Shown: positions 53,859 through 64,000 of the stretch, in pieces
Position numbering within the stretch: the first letter of the stretch is position 1
How the letters are laid out: each line of letters opens with the position of its first letter
NCBI RefSeq assembly: GCF_006345805.1
Contig: NC_043003.1
Coordinates: 248,001-312,000 of the forward strand
Reading direction: 5' to 3'
Source: Octopus sinensis
Taxonomy: Eukaryota
Length of the DNA stretch: 64,000 nt
Notes under the pieces: model-generated
What the model was told of the DNA's origin: nothing
Database searches by the model: none
What the model saw: the letters and a program-made list of their open reading frames with translations, nothing else
Made by a program: the position numbers and the translations under genes

Positions 53859-54642
53859 TGGCGTTGTTCATTGAGAGTTCGTCTGGTGTTGAACGACAAA
53901 CGACTTAACATAACCCCATGCAGTGAAGGTAGACTTAAACACCAGAGTATCATATAGAAGAGGCAAACTCGAACACTTAAGTGTTATTGCACCATATAAC
54001 AGAAGTACACGTAAACACTTACGTAGTTAAACATCGTATCAACCACCATAGAATAGAGGTCCTCTTAAGCACTTCAGCGTCACCCGAAAGTAGAGGTACA
54101 CTCAAACATTTAACTGTCATAGCATGCATCATATAATAGAAGTCCTCTTAAATATTTAAACACACTTACCAAACAGATGAGGTATTCTTAAACACTTAAA
54201 CGTTATAATATTGTAGACAGTTATCTCCCTTGAAACCAATTGACCACTGGATGGTGCACGTCGTGGTGTTGCATTGTGGGAGAATTAAAACTATAGCATT
54301 TGGACGGCGCAACCAAAGTGATTAGACGTATTTACTTCCTGCTGTGATTCCAAGCGATGTAACGGTCAAACATAACCACCTCTTATCTATACGAATACGA
54401 ACGCACACAAACTGCCTTTATCTCTCTCTCTGCACAAATATTGTAATTTGTATGCAGTGTCAAGATTAAAACGATTTGCGGCCGTATTTGCAAATTCTTA
54501 TCGTCTTTTTATTCTTGTATTTGGAGAATGCCTGCCTTCTACGTTTCAGCTTTCTTTGTATAGGAGCAAAAGTTCCTAATGTATCATACAGTAGAGGTAG
54601 ACTCAATCACCAGTAGCACTTTACAGAAGCGGTACTTAGGTA

Positions 54643-54808
54643 CAGGGACGGACTGAAAATATCAAGGGCCTTCGGGCATAACTGTTTACCGGGCATAACT
54701 GTCCCTTTGAATGTGTGTTTTAGTAGAGTTAATATGTAGTGTGCGGACTTCTCAAAGCTCTGGACCCTCGGGCAGTGCCCGATTGACCGACGGCTCAGTC
54801 TGCCCCTG
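54643..54808. mobile_element. 166-bp hAT-type MITE
   Basis: TIRs cagggacggactga vs rc caggggcagactga. Perfect 8-bp TSD cttaggta (54635-42, 54809-16). Confidence 0.9.
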
Positions 54809-55089
54809 CTTAGGTACCATTATATGTTAAAGGTAAACATAAATCTCACTTCAGCGACGTTTTCTTTTTTTTTGTATTATTTTTGTTATGACATTAAAGT
54901 TATTTTTGTTGAAATGACTAAGCACCCCCCACGTCCAATGGCTTGTAGTACTTAGTAACGAGGCTTTACGATGTGAGTTCAAATCCTAGCAAGGTCGATT
55001 TTACTTTTCATCTTTTAGGGATATATAAAACAAGTACCCATAAATATGCTCTAGCCTTCTGCATCAATGTTAGTAAAAAACATCAAGTG

Positions 55090-55330
55090 ACCTTCTCGAG
55101 CCATGCCAGGCTCATAAGGGCCGGTTCCCTGGTTTCATGGCGTAGAAATTCCCCTTCTGAATGGGACGCTGCTCCGTCGCAGGACCACTCATTTTTGCCA
55201 GCTGAGTGGACGGGAGCAACGAGAAATGACGTGTTTTGTTCAAGAACACAACACAGAGCCTGGTCCAGGAGTCGAACTCATAATCTTACGATCGTAAGTC
55301 CAACACCCCTAACCACTAGCCACGCGCACC
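55090..55330 (-). mobile_element. tRNA-derived SINE (third family)
   Basis: The minus-strand head ggctagtggttagggg...gttcgactcc resembles A/B boxes. It shares the tail cttctcgagccatgcc.ggctcataagggccgg with 56495-56790. Confidence 0.75.
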
Positions 55331-56494
55331 CGCACCAATGTTAAGATAATTTATTGCTGGTGACCTGGTGGCCTTCCTGTCGGGGGATCTAGTTTAGCTG
55401 ACGAAGGGACTTGTACGTAATCGCTGAGCCAACTAGAAATAGGAATTAAATTTCCCACAAGTAGTAGCCTATCGTCTTGAATAAGGAAGGACACTATCGG
55501 CCAGTGGTTCCCAACCTTTTCACAAAGGTTCCTAACAGTGGTTCCAGCCCTTTTATTTAAATGAGTTTTCCCACGGAGCCCTTTTAATATGCTTATCCTT
55601 ATGTGAGTGTGTGTGAGTGTGTGTGTGTGTGTGTGTGTATAGGCGCAGGAGTGGCTGTGTGGTAAGTAGCTTGCTTACCAACCACATGGTTCTGGGTTCA
55701 GTACCATTGCGTGGCACCTTAGGCAAGTGTCTTCTACTATAGCCTTGGGCCAATTAGAGCATTGTGAATGGATCTAGTAGACGGTAACTGAAAGAAGCCC
55801 GTCGTATATATATATATATGTGTGTGTGTGTGCTCACTGAAAATGCTAATTTCATCAGCAATTCTTTTCTGATTAGCGATGGTTGAGCCAAACTAAGTCA
55901 GTGGTAACTATATATTTTCTTTTAAAATAAATAAAAGACGATTAAGCGAATCGTTGATAATTATGAGGAGCGTGGTGTGGGCAAAATGGAGTCCAGCGAC
56001 TGGATTAATGAAATATCATGTTGTCTTGTTTTCTTTGTCAATTTGCTTCATCATTAAATTTAATAAATATATTTATTTAGAGAAATTAAGTTATATCGTT
56101 TAAAAAGATAAAAATGTAATAAACAGCAATAACAACAGCAGCACAAGAATAAACAAAGTTTGTGTATTACGCTGCAATAAACAAAATAAATGTTTCGTAC
56201 AAGTAGCCATTTGTCAAGATGAGGAAAAGGAAGTAAATTATATGTGTTTGAACAAATTCTATTTTGTGTGTGTTATTGAACGAGTATTACAGAGTGTGAG
56301 ACGTTTCGGTACAGCTGTTTCGACGCTGCTTATCCGGCGTCGCTGATTTGACACTGACGTATTTGACATCATATGTTTTAATGGTTCTCTCGTTTTGAGG
56401 GGTTATTTCGTTCTCTTCTCCTTCTCGCTTGGTTTATGCAAATGAGTATATTTCTCTTTATGGGTTTGAGAAGAGGGAACGTGTTTTGATTGTT

Positions 56495-56790
56495 TCTTCT
56501 CGAGCCATGCCTGGCTCATAAGGGCCGGTTTCCCGGTTTCCTGGCGTATAGGTTCCCCACCTGAACTGGACGCCGGTCCATCGCAGATGAGCTGCAAGAT
56601 GCAGGAGGAAAGAGTGAGAGAAAGTTGTGGCGAAAGAGTCAGCAGAAGTTTCGCCATTACTTTCGGCCGGAGCCGCGTGGAGCTTAGGTGTTTTGCTCAT
56701 AAACACACACATCGTCTGGTCTGAGATTCGAACCCGCGATCCCTCGACCGCGAGTCCGCTGCTCTAACCACTAGGACATGTGCCTCCACC
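56495..56790 (-). mobile_element. tRNA-derived SINE with a different body but the same 3' tail as 55090
   Basis: Head rc cctagtggttagagcagcgg...gggttcgaatctc, with the shared tail. Confidence 0.75.
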
Positions 56791-57037
56791 AACGTGTTTA
56801 AGTCAATGGCGTTCAATTAAGAAATTTTACTCTCTCTCCCTCTCTCTGTTTCAGCTTTTTTCTGTTTGTATGTGTATATTTCAGCGCGCACACGTGTGTA
56901 TGTATGTATGTATGTGTGTATGTATGTATGTATGTGTGTATGTATGTATGTATGTATGTATGTATGTATGTATGTGTGTATGTATGTATGTATGTATGTA
57001 TGTATGTATGTATGTATGTGTGTGTATGTATGTATGT

Positions 57038-57203
57038 AAGAGTTTTTCGGTGAACGGATTATTTCGAAGGGACTTTGGCCACCAAGATCACCTGATTCAA
57101 CACCGCCAGACTTTTTCTCTGGGGAGCAAGAAAAGGGTCAGTGTACAAGAATCATCCGAAAACCATTAAATACTTTACTGCGGGGAGACTTTGTGAACAT
57201 CCG
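57038..57203 (+). mobile_element. One-ended fragment of the 53627-type mariner derivative
   Basis: Encodes KGLWPPRSPDSTPPDFF.WG..KGSVYKNHP and ends in the TIR. Confidence 0.8.
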
Positions 57204-58409
57204 GCATAAGACAAATTTCACCCCACCCTTATTCATCTCCCCTCCCCCTCCCCCACCATAACCATAGGTCTCGGTTAGCGCATTCAACGCTCGAGATGTG
57301 ATTTCGTAAGGATGGTAGATTTGTGGAGTCGGGTGAGCGTTTTGATGAGTACCCTGTGCCCTTTAGTTGTGTCCCTTAACGCTTTCTGTTCTAATTCCAT
57401 ATTTTCGGTGCCAGTAAATTGAGTACCAGTGATACACTCAGGTAAATTGATGACTATACCCTCCCCACTAAATATAAGGCCTTGTGTCTAATCTAAAACT
57501 AACACTTCGTTCAGTATTCTTATATTCTTTTATTTGTTTCAGTCGTTTGACTGCGACCATGCTGGAGCACCTCCTTTTTAGCCGAACAAATCGACATCCG
57601 GTACTTGTTCTTTGTAAGCCTAGTACTTATTTTATCGGTCTCTTTCGCCGAACCATTAAGTTCCGGGTACGTAAACACACAACATCGGTTGTCAAGCGAG
57701 GGGGGACAAATACATACATCTACATATATATATTGACTGCCATGACTGACCGCTAAATCCACAATTCTCTTCCTGTTTATTTCCTCATATTCCATAGGAA
57801 ATACCTATTTCTTTTCTACCCACAAGGGGCTAAACATAGAGAGGACAAACACGGACAGACAAATGGATTAAGTCGATTATATCGACCCCAGTGCGTAACT
57901 GGTACTTATTTAATCGACCCCGAAAGGATGAAAGGCAAAGTCGACCTCGGCGGAATTTGAACTCAGAACGTAACCGCAGACGAAATACCACTAAGCATTT
58001 CGCCCAGCGTGCTAACGATTCTGCCAGCTCCTCGCCGCCTTTTATTCTATAACAGTAAAGACAAAACGCTAATAAATAAATAAATAAATAAGTAAATAAA
58101 TAAATAAATAAATACAAATAAACAAATACAAATAAGATTGCATAATGAATGACAAAAGGAAACCAGATGACTGAAGAATAAAGAATATGGCGGCAGTGTT
58201 ATATCAGATGATTCGTCTGGTAAGTAAGCACATAATATCTGCTGCTCCGAAGTGCATGGCAGCTTGTTATGTAGCTCCCCCATTGTGCCATTGGACGACA
58301 CTTGTTATGTGCACAGCGTGACATTTTCTTGCTTTCATTGCAGAAACAATGTCGTCCGATAAACAGTTATTTTCATCTTTCCATTCTCTTTGTCTTTCTT
58401 TTATTTATT

Positions 58410-58446
<37 letters not shown>

Positions 58447-58453
58447 GTCGTCG

Positions 58454-58485
<32 letters not shown>

Positions 58486-58654
58486 GTTGTTGTTGTTGTT
58501 GTTACCTTTGTTTTGGCTTTTTTAGTTTTCAATTTAGACATGCTTCAAACTCTCTCGAAAACATGTTTGTACAGACAACCTTTTATTTATAGTTCAACGA
58601 AGATTTGTGTTAACTGATAATTTACATTTGTATACAGACATCTAGATAGAATAA

Positions 58655-58689
<35 letters not shown>

Positions 58690-58743
58690 TCTCGTTCTAA
58701 GTGTCTATCAATCTGATTGTCTGTCTGTCTATCTATCTATCTG

Positions 58744-58856
<113 letters not shown>

Positions 58857-61092
58857 GGTGCTAGCCAAGAGGTTGGCGCTTGTCATCGAGAAACTGGTCG
58901 ACAAGGCGCAAACATGCGCCGTGCCAGGCCGGACCATCCATGACAACCTCCATCTGATGCGCTACATCATAGACAGGGTAGTTAACGAACCTGGCATGGG
59001 TGGGGCCCTGATCAACTTGGATCAATCAAAAGCCTTTGATAGGGTAGACCATCGATACTTGGAGGCAGTCCTGAGAGCGGCTGGTTTCGGTCCCGTATTC
59101 CGCGCTGGATAGCTGCCTTGTACAGAGGCATCCGTTCGGTAATTCGCGTAAATGGACATCTATCGAGACCTTTCGACATTGCACGTTCGGTCCGTCAGGG
59201 ATGCCCCCTCTCGGCGCTTCTATACGTATTGACTCTTGAGCCACTACTGCGGAAGCTGGCGACTCTAAGGGGCATCCCGCGAGAATTGGGATGCGGGACG
59301 AGCGTGTCTGCATACGCGGACGACGTCACCGTCATAGTGTCTAGCCACGGGCACATCGAGCTGGTCGGCGAGACACTGAAAAACTACGAAGCGGTGACAG
59401 GAGCGAAAATCAACCGGGAAAAGTCAGTGGGCTTGCGACTAGGCACCTGGAGAAGCAAGCCCATGCCGTCCACCAGCGCCTCCGTCGTGGGACGCTGGAC
59501 CGACGGCCCGGTTGAGTTGCTCGGGGTCTGGTTTGGTCCGGACCTCCAAGTGGAGAAGAACTGGAACGAGATAACGAGTAGGGTGGTCACTCTCGCCCGG
59601 CAAGGGCCGAGAGGAAACTGTCCCTAAAAGGTCGAGCGGAGGTGGCGAACACGTACATCGCGTCCGTCATCTACTACCGCCTGACCGTCGTACCTTGTCC
59701 CGACCCTACCATCACCAAACTACAACGCATCCTCTTTCGCTTCTTGTGGAAAGGATGCGTCCCGATGGTCAGGCGATCCATTTGCTGTCAACACCCGTTA
59801 AAAGGAGGGCTGGGCATGCCGTGGTTGATGATGCGCAGACACGCGCTGAGACTGCGACATCTCTGGCTCTATGTAGACGACGGTGAACAGGTGTGGTCGC
59901 CGTTTGTGAGGCACGCTTTCCCGCAGCTCGTCTCCATGACCGAACTGCAGTCGTGGATCAAAAAGAGGCCGAGGAAGGGCGAATGGCACCGCGAGTGTCG
60001 CGTTGCTCTCAAGCAACTCTGCCGTCCTGGGTCGACCTTAAGTGACTTCAACACAACCAAAGCATTCTATAGGGGTTTAGTGGAGGGGAGGTACGACGAC
60101 GAGCTCGGGGCGAACCTGGATGTCGACGAGGAGTACCTGACCCGCCTGTTCGGGACGACTTTCGGGCCAGGGCCCATGGACAACTTCCAGAGATCCCTGG
60201 CCTGGCAGTGCTACCGAGAAGCGCTACCCGTTCGGGATAAGCTCTACAGACACGGCTCGAGAAACACGGGGCCGACCTGCCCGAGATGCGGTCAGAGCGA
60301 CGAACCGTTCTGCACGCACTCGTTCAGTGTCCAACAATTTCCGACCTGTGGGCTTATGTCGAACAACTGCTGTCACGTGTGGGACGAGTCGGTTTATCAG
60401 CTGAGTCTATCGTCAATATTGTCACGCCTCCTTCCTTCAAACGGGAAGGAAGAGCTATTTTCATCATCCTTGTGGCTATGGCGAAGGAATGTATCTGGTG
60501 GACGCGTCTGAAAGGATTGGAGACAACACTTTCCTCTCTGGTCAATCTCTCATCAACTTCTTCAAGTACCACTTGAAAAGGAAAGTGAGAGTAGAGAGGC
60601 AAGTTTTGTCTAGCGAATGTTTTAAAAAAAGATGGGTGAATGTAGCAAGAATGGCACGTATGAATGACGAAGCCACCTTGAGCATAGTCCTATGACCCAG
60701 AAATCGAAAACAGAGAGTTGCTTATTTGCAAAAAAAAAAAAAAAAAAAAAAAGAAATATAAAATGTGACTTCATTGACCGAGGTTACCGTGGTCTTTTCC
60801 GCAGGCTTTTCTTTCCACGGGTAAACCTCACCTGTCCTCCCCTTTACACTTCATATTGACATTTCTGTGATAACGATCCCTATTGATCATTTTTTTTTCC
60901 TCTCCCCCCCCCCCCCCTTTTTTTTTTTTTTAACCCCCCTTATTTTTGTCCTCTTTCTCTCCTTTTACGATCCCTTTTGATCGAACCTCCCCCTTCCTTT
61001 TTTTTTTTTTTTTTTTTAATATTTTCAAAAGAAAAGCTCTACCTTGTATTTGTTCTATCTGTGTGCAGCCCTGTGTGGCTAATAAAGAAACA
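58857..61092 (+). mobile_element. 5'-truncated Tx1/L1-clade LINE (RT, C-terminal CCHC, 3' UTR) flanked by (TCTA)n
   Basis: QTCAVPGRTIHDNLHLMR, NLDQSKAFDRVDH, VRQGCPLS, YADD, GAKINREKS, GGLGMP, CPRCGQSDE(T)VLHALVQC. ORF ends at 60695. AATAAA at 61081 is followed by (TCTA)n. GC-rich relative to the flanks. Four -1 frameshifts. Confidence 0.93.
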
Positions 61093-61114
61093 TATCTATC
61101 TCTCTATCTATCTG

Positions 61115-61153
<39 letters not shown>

Positions 61154-61168
61154 CTCTCTCTCTTTCTC

Positions 61169-61207
<39 letters not shown>

Positions 61208-62118
61208 GTCTGTCTGTCTGTCTGTCTGTCTGTCCATCTATTTGTCTGCTACCTGTCAGTCTGCCTGCTAGTCTGTCTGTCCACCTATTAACTTCCTTCA
61301 TTCTTCAGTCCCCCCCACCCCTTCCTCCTTGCCTTCCCGTGCGTAATATGTCCGCCCACCTTTATACTGTCAAAACGTGCAACACTCAGTTTGCACGTAA
61401 CATAGCAATACTCTTCCGTCTTCTTAAATACTGTGTCACACTGTCTTTCTTAGTCACACACACACACATTTACACAGACAAGGAGCCTCTCGGTTGCTAG
61501 ACCTACCAAAATAACCGACAAATCTTCAAATCACACCCTTTTGAAATTGGAGTAGGATACACTGGACCTTGGAGTAACAGATATACAGGGATGGTCATGG
61601 TTGGAACACATTTGATCATAGATCGCTTTATCTGAGCTTTCAACGTTTATCTCGTATTCTTTCGCGTGTTTCAGTCATCTGACTGTGGCCATGCTGGAGC
61701 ACCGCCTTTCAGTCGGGCAAATCGACCCCAGGACTTATTCTTTGTAAGCCTAGTACTTATTCTATCGGTCTCTTTTGCCGAACCGCTATGCTATGGGGAC
61801 ATAAACATACCAGCATCAGTTGTCAAGAAAGGGGGGGGGCAAACACAGATACACACACAGACACACACACATTTATATATACGACGGGTTTCTTTCAATA
61901 GGTTTACAGTTAGCACGTGGACACTTTAAGTTTCTTTTAAAACATTTTATTACGTTTAAATTTCTATCTTACGTACATACAAAAGGGAGCTTGACAGAAT
62001 TAACTAAATTAGCGTAGAATAATGGCTTCGTATAATTTTATAATTAAGATCTAAACTGTTAATATATGAATGTGAAAGAGATTGTTGAATAACTGGAAAC
62101 CTACCTTAGGGCTACCCT

Positions 62119-62160
<42 letters not shown>

Positions 62161-62351
62161 GTGCAGACGTGGCTGAGGGGTAAGGAGCTTGCTTACCAAC
62201 CACACGGTTCCGGGTGTGTATGTCTTTGTGTTTACCTCTTTCACCACTGCTTAAACAACAGTATTGGTTTGTTTACGTCCTTGCAACTTACCGATTGAGG
62301 AATTAAGTACAGTGCTCCTGCGTGGCCGCAGTCTATTGACAGAATGAAGCA

Positions 62352-63638
62352 GGTTCTTTTTGGTTATCTCACCCCCATTAAAACAATCGCCATTAAAAAA
62401 CTGGGTTATCTCCCCACTAAAAAATCGAGTTAACGTGGCGACGAGAGATTGGATCGAAAGAGTTCGATCCTTTTGATTCAATACTTCAACACATTGGTGA
62501 CTCTTTTGGCCTCCTCAATAGGAATGGTAGGATTTGGTATGAAAAATGTCATCAGATTCAATAAGATGTTTAATCTTTTCGCTTTTCATGTTTATTAATC
62601 TTTTCAGTTTTGTAGGATTTGGTATGAAAAATGTCATCAGATTCAATGAGATGTTTATCTTTTCGCTTTTCATGTTTATTAATCTTTTCAGTTTTGTAGG
62701 ATTTGGTAAAAAAATGTCATCAGATTCAATAAGATGTTTAATCTTTTCGCTTTTCATGTTATTAATCTTTTCAGTTTTGTAGGATTGGTATAAAAAATGT
62801 CATCAGATTCAATAAGATGTTTAATCTTTTCGCTTTTCTGTTTATTAATCTTTTCAGTTTTGTAGGATTTGGTATGAAAAATGTCATCAGATTCAATGAG
62901 ATGTTTAATCTTTTCGCTTTTCATGTTTATTAATCTTTTCAGTTTTGTAGGATTTGGTATAAAAAATGTCATCAGATTCAATAAGATGTTTAATCTTTTC
63001 GCTTTTCATGTTTATTAATCTTTTCAGTTTTGTAGGATTTGGTATAAAAAATGTCATCAGATTCAATAAGATGTTTAATCTTTTCGCTTTTCATGTTTAT
63101 TAATCTTTTCAGTTTTGTAGGATTTGGTATAAAAAATGTCATCAGATTCAATAAGATGTTTAATCTTTTCGCTTTTCATGTTTATTAATCTTTTCAGTTT
63201 TGTAGATTTGGTATAAAAAATGTCATCAGATTCAATAGATGTTTAATCTTTTCGCTTTTCATGTTATTAATCTTTTCAGTTTTGTAGGATTTGGTATAAA
63301 AAATGTCATCAGATTCAATAAGATGTTTAATCCTTTCGCTTTTCATGTTTATTAATCTTTTCAGTTTTGTAGGATTGGTATAAAAAATGTCATCAGATTC
63401 AATAAGATGTTTAATCTTTTCGCTTTTCATGTTTATTAATCTTTTCAGTTTTGTAGGATTTGGTATAAAAAATGTCATCAGATTCAATAAGATGTTTAAT
63501 CTTTTCAGTTTTGTTTTTCCGGTTTATTGAGGGTTAAACATTTTTTTAAGATGAGATAACCAAAAGTACCGATATTTCTCATAAAACTTGGGGAGATAAC
63601 ACAGTTTTTTAATGGGGGTGAGATAACCGAAAAGTACC
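62352..63638. mobile_element. Non-autonomous Merlin/IS1016-like DNA transposon carrying a satellite
   Basis: 32-bp TIRs ggttctttttggttatctcacccccattaaaa vs rc ggtacttttcggttatctcacccccattaaaa. 8-bp flanks atgaagca / aagaagca (7/8). GGNRM-type terminus and repeated subterminal ggttatctc motifs. Confidence 0.7.
62527..63512. repeat. 85-bp tandem satellite, ~11.6 copies
   Basis: The gatttggtat anchor recurs at 62951, 63036 and 63121 (period 85). Each unit contains taatcttttc twice, and the last unit is deleted between these two sub-repeats. Confidence 0.98.
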
Positions 63639-64000
63639 AAGAAGCAAAGGGTTAAAAGATACTGAGCTATGTATACATCAACAAATGCACTAGTGAGCAG
63701 ACACGCATGCACGCGCGCGCACACACGCACATATATATATATCCATACACACACATATGCACATGCACGCATGAATCCATACACACGCACACACTCGCAT
63801 ACAAACATGATAAACAGCAAGTCAACCTTTAAGTTTTGAGTGTTCTGTTGAGTCCATTTCAAAGAACAGCAGTGATTTGTTTGCCCCTAACCACCCCGAC
63901 AGCCTAATAGACACACAGTTTTAATCCACTACAACTACCCTCACAACCACCACCAACACCGCCCGCCCGCCCACACCACCACCATCACCAGCTTCTACCA

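Noticed and set aside
53925-54200. CRISPR-like appearance
   Set aside because: The context is eukaryotic, the repeats are degenerate, the spacers are related to each other and vary in length, and there are no cas genes.
62527-63512. CTGATGA and GAAA in each satellite unit (minus strand) as tandem hammerheads
   Set aside because: No consistent stems I or II can be formed around the motifs.

Overview
This is AT-rich eukaryotic genomic DNA. From the SINE families and microsatellite load I infer a cephalopod, most likely Octopus; this rests on recognition, not a database search. I found no recognisable host protein-coding gene, rRNA, true tRNA or CRISPR array, and most ORFs in the track are translations of (TAA)n, (TACA)n, (TA)n, (GA)n or (TCTA)n repeats. 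The window is a dense transposon landscape. Retroelements: six same-orientation R4/Dong-like REL-endonuclease copies (about five families) each adjoining (TAA)n at 5.1-17.5 kb, a GC-rich Tx1/L1-like LINE flanked by (TCTA)n, Penelope-like, CR1 and RTE remnants, and many tRNA-derived SINEs. DNA elements: a DD37D (maT) mariner nested in a Charlie-like hAT MITE, several other MITEs, a Helentron-type HINE, and a Merlin-like element carrying an 85-bp satellite. The best leads are: (1) a bulged hairpin conserved in structure but not sequence in the 3' UTRs of the R4/Dong families; (2) minimal hammerhead-ribozyme motifs with palindromic loop III at 30.1 and 46.3 kb; (3) a ~250-bp inverted duplication carrying a splice-site-flanked 33-nt micro-exon candidate on each strand; (4) apparent partitioning of retroelement classes among different microsatellite targets. 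Boundaries marked approximate were read by eye.
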